Below are positions 49,928-58,377 of a stretch of DNA of 64,000 nt, piece by piece. Origin of the DNA: Candidatus Onthoplasma sp. (GTDB lineage Bacteria > Bacillota > Clostridia > Christensenellales > UBA1242); assembly GCA_045126575.1 (NCBI GenBank), contig JBGVOQ010000005.1, forward strand, positions 19-64,018. The letters are read 5' to 3'. How positions within the stretch are numbered: position 1 is the stretch's first letter; each line of letters opens with the position of its first letter. A model generated the notes under the pieces. That model was given only the letters and a program-made list of their open reading frames with translations, did not search any database and was not told the origin of the DNA. The position numbers were made by a program, and so were the translations under genes.

Positions 49928-50413
49928 CTACATAACATAATTGTTACTTACTCGTTCTAAAACTTTTGTAAATTCGGCCTCAGTTTTAAATGCTGATTTA
50001 GGCACAACCACTGCAGATTTTTTGTCAAACATAATATACATTAAATTATTTTTTGCTTTTGCGCTCTTAATAGCAGCATATTCAAACTTTGCGGTGTAAA
50101 TTGTTTGTTCGCCCATAGTTGCGGTCATATTCATTTCATCTTCGCCAAATTGAATTTTAACTTGTTGCCCAAGCAATGCTCTATTTGACCTTTCAACAGC
50201 TATATTAGCACACACAAACCCAACAATTAATATAACAAATGTTACTGCCGATAACACACCCAACAAGATATTTTGAACCACTGCAAACATTACAGCAACG
50301 CCGCAAAATATTAAAAATAATGAAATTTGACCAATCACATTATATGTTTTCATTATGGAATTATTTAATTCCTTAATATATGGATACGAATACTCAAACT
50401 TTGCCTCAATCAT
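49928..50413 (-). CDS. YcxB-like membrane protein (161 aa)
   Basis: Two central TM helices followed by a small C-terminal domain, which is the YcxB-like architecture. Weak call by eye. Confidence 0.4.
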   Translation of the reverse strand: MIEAKFEYSYPYIKELNNSIMKTYNVIGQISLFLIFCGVAVMFAVVQNILLGVLSAVTFVILIVGFVCANIAVERSNRALLGQQVKIQFGEDEMNMTATMGEQTIYTAKFEYAAIKSAKAKNNLMYIMFDKKSAVVVPKSAFKTEAEFTKVLERVSNNYVM

Positions 50414-50581
50414 ACACTTTCCCCTTTTTAATTAATTTTAACATTTAACAATATTAAAAGCAACTAAATTAAATAAAAAGTAATAGTTTATACAAAATTG
50501 ATTTGTATATAAAAAATTGACATACATGAGTATGCCAATTTTATATTTAGAAATTTTCCAACCAATATTTCCAAAACGATA

Positions 50582-51142
50582 TTATCTCTTACTAAATTGT
50601 GGAGCCTTACGAGCTTTCTTAAGACCGTATTTCTTACGTTCCTTCTTACGAGCATCACGTGTTACGAAACCAGCCTTCTTAAGTTCAGGTCTAAGTTCAG
50701 CCTTAAATTCGATTAAAGCCTTAGTGATACCATGACGCAAAGCGCCAGCTTGACCAGCAACGCCACCACCGTAGATGTTAGCGCGGATATCAACATTGTT
50801 AGCAAGTTCAGTTAATTCAAGTGGTTGCTTAACAATTTTGATTAAAGATTCAAGAACAAAATATTCCTTAACATCTTTACCATTAACTGTAATGTTACCA
50901 GTACCAGTAGTTAAACGTACACGAGCAACTGAAGTCTTACGCTTACCTGTTCCTAAAAACTCTTGAACAGCAGCCTTTGTAGCTTTTTTAGTTGTCTTCT
51001 TTGCAGGAGCTTTCTTTTCTGCAACTTTCTTTTCTGCAGTCTTCTTTTCTGTAGCAACTTCAGCAGTTTCAGCCTTCTTAGCACGAGTGCGCTTTGGCTT
51101 TTCAACTACTTCTTCTACCATTTCAACTTTTTCTTCAGCCAT
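50582..51142 (-). CDS. rpsI: 30S ribosomal protein S9 with Lys/Ala/Glu-rich N-terminal extension
   Basis: The C-terminal 130 aa are canonical S9 ([14 protein letters not shown]..., ...[25 protein letters not shown]). It is 186 aa in total. Confidence 0.93.
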   Translation of the reverse strand: MAEEKVEMVEEVVEKPKRTRAKKAETAEVATEKKTAEKKVAEKKAPAKKTTKKATKAAVQEFLGTGKRKTSVARVRLTTGTGNITVNGKDVKEYFVLESLIKIVKQPLELTELANNVDIRANIYGGGVAGQAGALRHGITKALIEFKAELRPELKKAGFVTRDARKKERKKYGLKKARKAPQFSKR

Positions 51143-51579
51143 TAGTCATTACCTCCTACTTTGTATTCGATTGGTTGTTGAGCTTGCATGTTGTGGTCAC
51201 CCTTGAAGATGTGACAGTGAGTAAGCATTGTACGACCTAAAGCATTTTTAGGAAGCATACCCTTAACAGCACGCATCAAAGCAACGTCAGATTTTTCATC
51301 CATCATTTTCTTGTATTGAGTTTGCTTCAAACCGCTAGCATAACCAGAATAACGCTTGAAGTATTTTTGTTCCAACTTCTTACCAGTAAGAACTAATTTA
51401 TCGCTATTAATTACGATAACATAATCACCACAATCTACGTGTGGAGTAAATGTAGTCTTGTTCTTGCCACGCAAAATCTTTGCAACTTCAGCAGCACATC
51501 TACCTAAAGCAAGACCAGACGCATCTATAACATACCACTTCTTTTCAACAGTGGCAGGCTTAGCCATATATGTGTTCAT
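51142..51579 (-). CDS. rplM: 50S ribosomal protein L13
   Basis: 145 aa: [34 protein letters not shown]. Its stop overlaps the rpsI start (ATGA). Confidence 0.93.
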   Translation of the reverse strand: MNTYMAKPATVEKKWYVIDASGLALGRCAAEVAKILRGKNKTTFTPHVDCGDYVIVINSDKLVLTGKKLEQKYFKRYSGYASGLKQTQYKKMMDEKSDVALMRAVKGMLPKNALGRTMLTHCHIFKGDHNMQAQQPIEYKVGGND

Positions 51580-51691
51580 TATAATTTTCCTCCAAAATAT
51601 TCTACTATCCCTTGCACCTAGGGCTAGTGTGGATTAGCGGTGCAATCTTCTAGTACTGATTAATTATACATAATACACGCCCCATTGTCAA
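51580..51691 (-). promoter_or_regulatory. rplM-rpsI promoter plus ~75-nt structured 5' leader (candidate L13 autoregulatory leader)
   Basis: Minus strand: TTGACA (51691..51686), 17 nt, TATAAT (51668..51663). The leader contains the stem GCACC (51643..51639) / GGTGC (51618..51614) enclosing a CCTAGGG-containing loop. Confidence 0.45.
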
Positions 51692-51760
51692 TAGTTTTTA
51701 AAAAATTTTTATTATAAATAATAATTTATTTAGGAATACAAAAAAATAAGGCTTAATGCC

Positions 51761-52159
51761 TTACTTTATATTAGTTTTATCTACATCCAAGCCCATTTCA
51801 TCCACTATGTCGCTGGTTTCCTGTTTAAACTTTTCAACAAAGGTATCCATTTTTTTATTGCGATATGCAATAAAATGATAAACATATTTATCACCAATCA
51901 CGTTTTTCATAACTCTACGCCACTCTTTACTAATAGCCGATCTGGTATAATTTCCATCACTCCAGTTTGTTTTAATATCGTAATCTCCAACAAATATGCC
52001 AGTAACGTTTCTAGCATGGTGTACGAAATGCAAACGGCCATCATCCATAGTTCCTGAAAAATTAAACATTTCGTCATTTTCTTCGTTAACACAAAAGATT
52101 CTTTTAATTTCATCTTCTACAAATTTAGGATTTTTCTCCCATAATTTTTCAATAAACAT
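51761..52159 (-). CDS. hypothetical protein (132 aa)
   Basis: ORF with an AAGGAGAG RBS. A terminator (AAGGC-ATTA-GCCTT plus T-run on the minus strand) lies at about 51735..51756. Confidence 0.5.
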   Translation of the reverse strand: MFIEKLWEKNPKFVEDEIKRIFCVNEENDEMFNFSGTMDDGRLHFVHHARNVTGIFVGDYDIKTNWSDGNYTRSAISKEWRRVMKNVIGDKYVYHFIAYRNKKMDTFVEKFKQETSDIVDEMGLDVDKTNIK

Positions 52160-52321
52160 ATTCTCTCCTTACAACTAACGTCATTATATCACATATTGCT
52201 ATTTTGTCAAGATATATAACAAATATTTGTATCAAAAAATCAACACTTTTATAGTGCTGAGTTTTTATAAAGTAACACTTTCCACAGTTCTTCCTTTTTC
52301 GTTATTCATTAATCATTGTAT

Positions 52322-53041
52322 TTAATATTTCACATTATACAAATATAGCGCCTTTGCAGGTGCGGTAAACTTTTTATCAGCATTTCCAAAGGCATATTCT
52401 TTAAATTGTTGATGCGTGATTTTGCCTTTGCCTAGTTCAATAAATAGACCTACTATGTTACGTACCATTTTGTACAAAAATCCATTACCTGTTATATAAA
52501 AGTGTAGTTCCTCGCCCACGTTTTTCCATTCGATAGAATAAATAGTTCGCACAGTAGATTGGACCTCGCTACCGCTTGCACAAAAGTTTGCAAAATCGTG
52601 TTCACCTTCCAGTACTGCAGTTGCTTTTTTCATATCTTCCAAATTAATGTCTGTAGGCAAACGCAAAAAATTATCATATAGCGGTAAATCTATATCGCTA
52701 ATGTACATTTTATATAAATATGTCTTGCGTTTTGCCGAAAAACGTGCGTGAAGTTTAGTTTCCTTAATACTTTTAACCTTAACATCCGCAGGCAAAATAC
52801 CATTCATAGACCTTACAAATTTATAAAAATCCGTTATCTCATCACACTCTATATGACACACTTGATTATATGCATGTACACCACTATCCGTCCTGCCGCT
52901 TGCTACTACGTTAATATCTTGTTTTAACAAAATTTTTAATGCTTTTTCAAGTTCTTCCTGAATGGTACGCTCACCCTTTTTTTGACGCTGAAATCCAGCA
53001 AAATTTGTTCCATCATAAGTAACTACTAATAAATATTTCAT
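52322..53041 (-). CDS. truA: tRNA pseudouridine(38-40) synthase TruA
   Basis: 239 aa: YDGT.F.GFQ.Q, with the catalytic-Asp motif SGRTDSGVHA. Confidence 0.9.
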   Translation of the reverse strand: MKYLLVVTYDGTNFAGFQRQKKGERTIQEELEKALKILLKQDINVVASGRTDSGVHAYNQVCHIECDEITDFYKFVRSMNGILPADVKVKSIKETKLHARFSAKRKTYLYKMYISDIDLPLYDNFLRLPTDINLEDMKKATAVLEGEHDFANFCASGSEVQSTVRTIYSIEWKNVGEELHFYITGNGFLYKMVRNIVGLFIELGKGKITHQQFKEYAFGNADKKFTAPAKALYLYNVKY

Positions 53042-53044
53042 ATC

Positions 53045-53449
53045 CTATTTGTTTCCTATAATTTGTTGTAATTTATATAAATTTTTTGACAGCGAAATTG
53101 TGTCATTTGATATTTGCTCAAGAGCATTATCCACTGCAACATAGTTAATAAAATCAACCCTAAAACCCAACTTGGTTATCTCGTCTTGTATGTAATGCAA
53201 TTGAATACAATGTGGCGATTTATCTACGCTTGCAAAAATAATTTTTTTAATATTTTTTGCCCTTATCATACCAAGAATTTTTGTTATTGCCATATTTATA
53301 TGCGAATTTTCTAGGCACAAATCAAAAATAGGCAAATCCAATTTTTCCAACTGCTTAAACGCCTTAGGTTGCATAACTTTTAAGCAACTTCCAACAATAA
53401 TAATCTCCTCACCGCAATCATAAATATTGCTTTTCATTAAATCTTTCAT
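53045..53449 (-). CDS. hypothetical protein (134 aa)
   Basis: ORF with a GGTGGA RBS. Its stop lies 3 nt before the truA start. No family recognised. Confidence 0.5.
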   Translation of the reverse strand: MKDLMKSNIYDCGEEIIIVGSCLKVMQPKAFKQLEKLDLPIFDLCLENSHINMAITKILGMIRAKNIKKIIFASVDKSPHCIQLHYIQDEITKLGFRVDFINYVAVDNALEQISNDTISLSKNLYKLQQIIGNK

Positions 53450-53565
53450 ATATCCACCTATAGAGTTATTATAGCATAAATTTAATCTTTAGTCTAGTGC
53501 TAGATTGTCAAATTTAGGCAGTTTTACATATAAACAAATAATGTATTAGTTTAGAGGAGATAATT

Positions 53566-54621
53566 ATGGCACTTGCTAGTAGTTTTTTAATAGCCGCTAA
53601 TGATGAACACGGAGTAAATCCCCCGACGGCTGGAAAGCGCACACCAATAATGCCTTATATCAATCGTAGTTTTTATGAAAATGAGTTTAATAGGCGGTGT
53701 AAAAATGCATTTATAGAGGCGTGTTTAAGATGCGGTTACAATGTTTTTGATGTAAAGCCTGAGATTCAGGATATAAGCATAACTTTACGTGTAAGGCGAA
53801 CAAATAACGCTCGGCCTACCCTAGTGGTAACTTTTGCTTACAATGCTTCAGGCGATGGATTAACATTTAATAACGCAAATGGTTTTGAAGTGTATTATTC
53901 ACGACTTAATCAATTTGCTACACGCAGTCAAAACTTAAGCGAAGATGTCTATCAACAACTTATCAACAACGTGTCTAACAATGGTCGAGGAATAGGTACT
54001 TTAAACGTAAGTATGTTAACTGCAGTCAACTGCCCTGCCACACTAATTGAGGCAGGATTTATGACCAACTTTGAAGAAGCCAAACTTATGCTTAACCCAA
54101 TTTATATAACCCAAGTTGCCGAAGGTGTGTGTCAAGGAGTGTGTCAATATTTAGACGTGCAATACATTCCACGTGAAGATTTTGGTGCATACCCAACCTT
54201 GCGCCGTGGCAATCAAGGCAACAAAGTAATTCTTCTTCAATATCTATTAAATAGGTACGGTTACAATCTAATCCCAGATGGAATATTTGGAACACGTAGT
54301 TATAATGCAGTAATTGACTTTCAGCGCAAAAACGGCTTAACAATTGATGGTATTGTAGGTCGCAACACTTGGAATGTGTTACTCAACCCGCAAGGCAAAA
54401 CTATCCGCCAAGGCGATAAAAGTGGAGCAACATGGTACTTGCAACAAATGTTGCTTAGTAAACTTTACCCTATTGGCGAAATTGATGGAAGTTTTGGGCC
54501 AGCCACTCTGCAAGCAGTACGTGATTTCCAAGCCGAAAACGGATTGGCGGTTGATGGAGTTGTAGGTCCTGCCACATGGCGAGTGTTAGATACAATTGGA
54601 GGCGGAAGACCACTAATATAA
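53566..54621 (+). CDS. N-acetylmuramoyl-L-alanine amidase (Amidase_3-like) with two C-terminal PG_binding_1 repeats
   Basis: Catalytic-domain pattern (..TFAYNASGDG.., LIEAGFMTNFEEAKL) plus two repeats of the ..G..V..LQ..L...GY....DG.FG..T..AV..FQ..NGL..DG.VG..TW type. I see no N-terminal signal peptide. Confidence 0.75.
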   Translation: MALASSFLIAANDEHGVNPPTAGKRTPIMPYINRSFYENEFNRRCKNAFIEACLRCGYNVFDVKPEIQDISITLRVRRTNNARPTLVVTFAYNASGDGLTFNNANGFEVYYSRLNQFATRSQNLSEDVYQQLINNVSNNGRGIGTLNVSMLTAVNCPATLIEAGFMTNFEEAKLMLNPIYITQVAEGVCQGVCQYLDVQYIPREDFGAYPTLRRGNQGNKVILLQYLLNRYGYNLIPDGIFGTRSYNAVIDFQRKNGLTIDGIVGRNTWNVLLNPQGKTIRQGDKSGATWYLQQMLLSKLYPIGEIDGSFGPATLQAVRDFQAENGLAVDGVVGPATWRVLDTIGGGRPLI

Positions 54622-54816
54622 TGAAGAATGAAAAATGAAGAATGGGAAATGAAGAACTAATAGTCAAAAATAAGAAGTCAAGAATAAAAAGTGGAAAATA
54701 AAAAATTAAAAATTTAAGGTAATAAATAAAACTAATTCGTTATGTAATTATTGCAAAAATTTACTATTCAACTTACGCATTGCACTACCTTATAATTACA
54801 AATTTTAAAATACCTA

Positions 54817-54844
54817 TTGACAAAATTAGTATTTGTGATAAAAT
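54817..54844 (+). promoter_or_regulatory. sigma-A promoter placed for a leaderless transcript of the 266-aa gene
   Basis: TTGACA (54817..54822), 16 nt ending in TGa, TAAAAT (54839..54844), then 6 nt before ATG 54851. No Shine-Dalgarno sequence. Confidence 0.45.
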
Positions 54845-54850
54845 TATAGT

Positions 54851-55651
54851 ATGAATTACGTAGAAATATTATCAATGATTTTAAATAGTGACGGTAAATT
54901 AACAAAGGATTACGCTTCTTTACTTCAAAGTATCGACACACGATTTTTTATCGACGAGTCGCTTATAAGTGACACTCCTTACTTTCAAAGCACCGGCAAG
55001 GGATTTATTGCCATCTACGAGCATGAAGGCGAAGTTGTTTTGGAATTTATGCATGGTGGCAGCAGCATTAAGTCCTGCACCAAAAAAGTAGTACTTAGCT
55101 TTAGTTCATGCCTTGGTGATGAAGTTAAAACCTTAAAACCAGACCAGCTAACTAATGATATTGTCAAGGACACGTTTGAACTTAGTAGTTTCTGCATGAA
55201 TTGCACTGCATATAATTTAAAGCGTGACTCGGTAGACTTTAAGCAAATAATTGAAACAGAAATATATTCAATAGATTACTATCTTCGTAAAAACAATAAT
55301 AATAAATATTTTTTACAAGCAGACTTATCATTTAAAAAGCCTATTACTAAAAACAATATAAAACTTAATAAGGCAACTATCCCATTCATAATAGTATCAC
55401 CTGATTTCCAAAATATTCTTCGAGATTATGTAAATCCATCTTCTAATGGTTTTGGAGATATGATTGATGATTTTGATGAAGATATTGATAATAACTTTGA
55501 TGATTTCGATGAAGAATTTGATGATGAATTTTGCGAAAATCCATTTGACACTTTATCCAAACTAGGACCTGGAACTTACGATTTGGAAACGGGCAAGTTT
55601 ACTCCAGATGACGAAAATGTAGAATCTGATGATGATTTGTTTGGACGTTAA
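54851..55651 (+). CDS. hypothetical protein with highly acidic C-terminal region (266 aa)
   Basis: ORF whose C-terminus reads GDMIDDFDEDIDNNFDDFDEEFDDEF...DDENVESDDDLFGR. No family recognised. Confidence 0.5.
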   Translation: MNYVEILSMILNSDGKLTKDYASLLQSIDTRFFIDESLISDTPYFQSTGKGFIAIYEHEGEVVLEFMHGGSSIKSCTKKVVLSFSSCLGDEVKTLKPDQLTNDIVKDTFELSSFCMNCTAYNLKRDSVDFKQIIETEIYSIDYYLRKNNNNKYFLQADLSFKKPITKNNIKLNKATIPFIIVSPDFQNILRDYVNPSSNGFGDMIDDFDEDIDNNFDDFDEEFDDEFCENPFDTLSKLGPGTYDLETGKFTPDDENVESDDDLFGR

Positions 55652-55660
55652 TTAGATATT

Positions 55661-55694
55661 AAAAAATATGTTAGGCAAACTAACATATTTTTTT
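55661..55694. terminator. bidirectional terminator
   Basis: A-run, ATATGTTAG-GCAAA-CTAACATAT, T-run, between convergent genes. Confidence 0.75.
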
Positions 55695-55698
55695 GTTT

Positions 55699-56169
55699 CT
55701 ATTTTAAAGTTTTACCGCACTTTTTGCAGTTATTTGCATCTAGGCTATTTTTGCAACCGCACTCGCACTTAATGTAACCCTCAACTTGTGCTCCACAGTT
55801 AGTACAAAACTCTGCATCTTCGTCTAACTTTGTTCCACAATTAGGGCACTTATTAACATTAACTGTACCAACAGCGCTATTGCCAACATCACTAACGTTG
55901 CCATCTTTAACCTTTATCATACTTCCGGCAGTTAGCATAATCATAATAGCAACCCAACCAAATGTTAAACCTAATAATGACAATACACCGCCAACTATTG
56001 CACGCCAAATTATTGCAGAAACTTTGGCAATAACTACGCCACGGACAATAAGTGCAACTCCACCAACAATCATCGCAAGTGAAATTACAAATATTATCAA
56101 GCCCAAAACCATCAAATGACCTTTATCGTGTCTATTTTCGCTATATGCGTTTTTATCAAGTTTTTTCAT
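55699..56169 (-). CDS. membrane protein with C-terminal zinc-ribbon pair (156 aa)
   Basis: Three predicted TM helices, then CPNCG...CTNCG and C.C.C...CKKCG zinc-ribbon motifs. AAGGGAGA RBS. It lies 13 nt after the upstream gene. Confidence 0.6.
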   Translation of the reverse strand: MKKLDKNAYSENRHDKGHLMVLGLIIFVISLAMIVGGVALIVRGVVIAKVSAIIWRAIVGGVLSLLGLTFGWVAIMIMLTAGSMIKVKDGNVSDVGNSAVGTVNVNKCPNCGTKLDEDAEFCTNCGAQVEGYIKCECGCKNSLDANNCKKCGKTLK

Positions 56170-56182
56170 AATATCTCCCTTT

Positions 56183-57217
56183 TTACATAGTAAGTGCTAT
56201 TGCAAGCACTGGAATACCTATCAATAATAAAATAAGTAGTACAAACAACGATATTTTTACAGGTGAACGTGGAACATTTCCTGCAACCTTTCCGTTTTGC
56301 CCATTCATAACATTTAAATATGATTTTTTATTATATTCATATCCAAAAAAGTAGGCTGGTAGTAGTGTATAATTATATACAATATTTGAATATGTTGGAT
56401 TAATAGTCAAACTATCGATTGATGAATATTTGCTTCTAATCCTAGATTCAATATCCCTAAGCATTTGTCTTTTAGCCACAATTTCCGCATCCTGCACCTG
56501 CTGATTGTAATAACTCACTGTATAGCCTTTAGTAATGTCGGCGTTATAATCCACACTTTTACTACAATCGTACGGCATAATATCCGCAATATCGCTTTGA
56601 GTAATCTTGTCATTTGACTCAACTATAATATTGTTATATTGCTGCTCAATTTTGCCAGAAAAACTACGATAGTGCGTAATGGTTCGTGTATGGCCTGAGG
56701 CAGTACGTTGTGTTGTGGTATAGCTTTGCCTTCCGGAATACGTTGCATAAACATTTCCATCAAACACAAATGCACTTAAATATGTTGCTCCCATATTATC
56801 CGCACGTAAATTGTTTTTAAACTTATTAGGTAAAAACTTACGTTTTTTGGTTCTTTCAACAAACTCGTTTTCGGCCTGTTCCTTGCTTATAGCAAAAGGA
56901 ATTATTTTTTCAGGTTGCAAGCCAGGTAAGTCCTTAAATGATGCTAACGAATTGGCTCCACAATACTTACATTTGGTACCAATATCATACTTGTCAAATA
57001 TAACCTGAGCGCCGCACGACTCACATCTATATGACCTATTTTCGTTTAACCATTGCTGAAATTTAATCTTATCAGGCTCCCACCCAATTGAATGTTTTGC
57101 CGTTTGGTTTGTAATATTAATTGGATACAATGTATCGCATTTAGTGCATTTTAAGCACTGATGCTGTGGACTAAACTCCACCCTTGCACCACAAGATTTG
57201 CAGTTGTTAATTTTCAT
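56183..57217 (-). CDS. TFIIB-type zinc-ribbon protein with C-terminal TM anchor (YdjG-like)
   Basis: I place the start at ATG 57217 (MKINNCKSCGARVEF..CLKCTKC; second ribbon CESCGAQV..CKYCG), overlapping the upstream TAA by 1 nt (TAATG). The C-terminus carries NGQNGKVAGNVPRSP plus a TM helix. Confidence 0.6.
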   Translation of the reverse strand: MKINNCKSCGARVEFSPQHQCLKCTKCDTLYPINITNQTAKHSIGWEPDKIKFQQWLNENRSYRCESCGAQVIFDKYDIGTKCKYCGANSLASFKDLPGLQPEKIIPFAISKEQAENEFVERTKKRKFLPNKFKNNLRADNMGATYLSAFVFDGNVYATYSGRQSYTTTQRTASGHTRTITHYRSFSGKIEQQYNNIIVESNDKITQSDIADIMPYDCSKSVDYNADITKGYTVSYYNQQVQDAEIVAKRQMLRDIESRIRSKYSSIDSLTINPTYSNIVYNYTLLPAYFFGYEYNKKSYLNVMNGQNGKVAGNVPRSPVKISLFVLLILLLIGIPVLAIALTM

Positions 57218-58335
57218 TAAACCTTTTCTCCGCATTCTGGACAAAACTTAGCATTTGCTCTTAATTTTTTACCGCATTTTTTACATACTTTTTCGCTAGT
57301 TAAACTTGCACCACAATTTGTGCAGAACTTTGTACCCTTATGCACCGCTTCGCCACACTTTGGACAACTTTCAGTTTGGCTGCTTCCGCATTCTGGACAA
57401 TATTTAACCCTAGGGTTAATTGATGCTCCACACTTTACACAAGTACGTTTTGAAGCACCGTCCTTAACACTAGACATTGCGTTTGCAAACATATTTCCCA
57501 TAGTAGCGCCTGCACCAAGACCGACACCAATGCCTGCCATATTGCCACCATTTGGGTTCTTAGCCGCATCACGCATAGCGGTAGCCGCTTGATATTGAGC
57601 GTATGTGCCCATTTTATCGCCAAGTATTCCAAGTTTGCTACGCTCGTCAAGCGCCTTTTCAACTTCTTCTGGAAGTGATAAGTTCTCAACCGTAACCTTG
57701 CATAACTTTAAGCCCAACTTATTAAATTCTTCTTGTGAAACGCTTACGATTTGAGTTCCAATTTCCTTATAGTTGGCAGCCAAATCTAATGCCGGAATTC
57801 CAGATTGTGCAATAGCGTCACTTATATTTGAAATTAATATTGCCTTGCATTGAGTGGTTAAGTCTTCAACCCTATAAACTGGGTTAGTACCAAACACTTC
57901 ACGCATAAATGTTTTACCATCTACGACTTTGTAACTAAATGTACCGTACCCACGCAAACGAACAGAACCAAAGTCAGCATCACGCATCATAATAGGATTT
58001 TGAGTACCCCATTTTTGACCTAAGAATTGCTTAGTGTTAATAAAATACACTTCGGCTTTAATTCTGCTGTTAAATCCAGTAGGAAGCGACATCATCTTAG
58101 TAATAATAGGAATATTTTCCGTATTTAACTTATATGTTCCAGGGCCAAACACATCTGCAATTTGTCCCTTGTGCACAAACACAGCCATTTGTGACTCACG
58201 CACAATAAGTGTAGAACTATTCATAAGTTCTTCACGCTTATCCATTGGGTGACGATATACTAAAATATCCTTAGAACTATCCTTCCACTCCAACACCTCT
58301 AATAATTGTCTTTTCATAAAACTAAATAAACCCAT
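57217..58335 (-). CDS. SPFH-domain protein (YdjI / COG4260-like) with three C-terminal double zinc ribbons
   Basis: 372 aa. The N-terminal roughly 260 aa match the 'virion core protein-like' SPFH pattern (MGLFSFMKRQLLEVLEW.D......Y......E....S.L.V.E.Q.AVF...G...D.F.PG.Y.L.T.N.P). The C-terminus reads CVKCG..CPECG, CPKCG..CTNCG, CKKCG..CPECG. Confidence 0.7.
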   Translation of the reverse strand: MGLFSFMKRQLLEVLEWKDSSKDILVYRHPMDKREELMNSSTLIVRESQMAVFVHKGQIADVFGPGTYKLNTENIPIITKMMSLPTGFNSRIKAEVYFINTKQFLGQKWGTQNPIMMRDADFGSVRLRGYGTFSYKVVDGKTFMREVFGTNPVYRVEDLTTQCKAILISNISDAIAQSGIPALDLAANYKEIGTQIVSVSQEEFNKLGLKLCKVTVENLSLPEEVEKALDERSKLGILGDKMGTYAQYQAATAMRDAAKNPNGGNMAGIGVGLGAGATMGNMFANAMSSVKDGASKRTCVKCGASINPRVKYCPECGSSQTESCPKCGEAVHKGTKFCTNCGASLTSEKVCKKCGKKLRANAKFCPECGEKV

Positions 58336-58377
58336 AAATTCCCCTCCTTTTTGATTTTTGAGTATTTAAAATCTTAA

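Noticed and set aside
54621-54720. Tandem ATGAAGAATG(A/G)(A/G)AA units and A-rich tract after the amidase gene as a possible CRISPR or VNTR array
   Set aside because: There are only three imperfect 14-nt units, with no spacer-repeat architecture and no cas genes. I kept only the narrower observation about the shared 19-mer.
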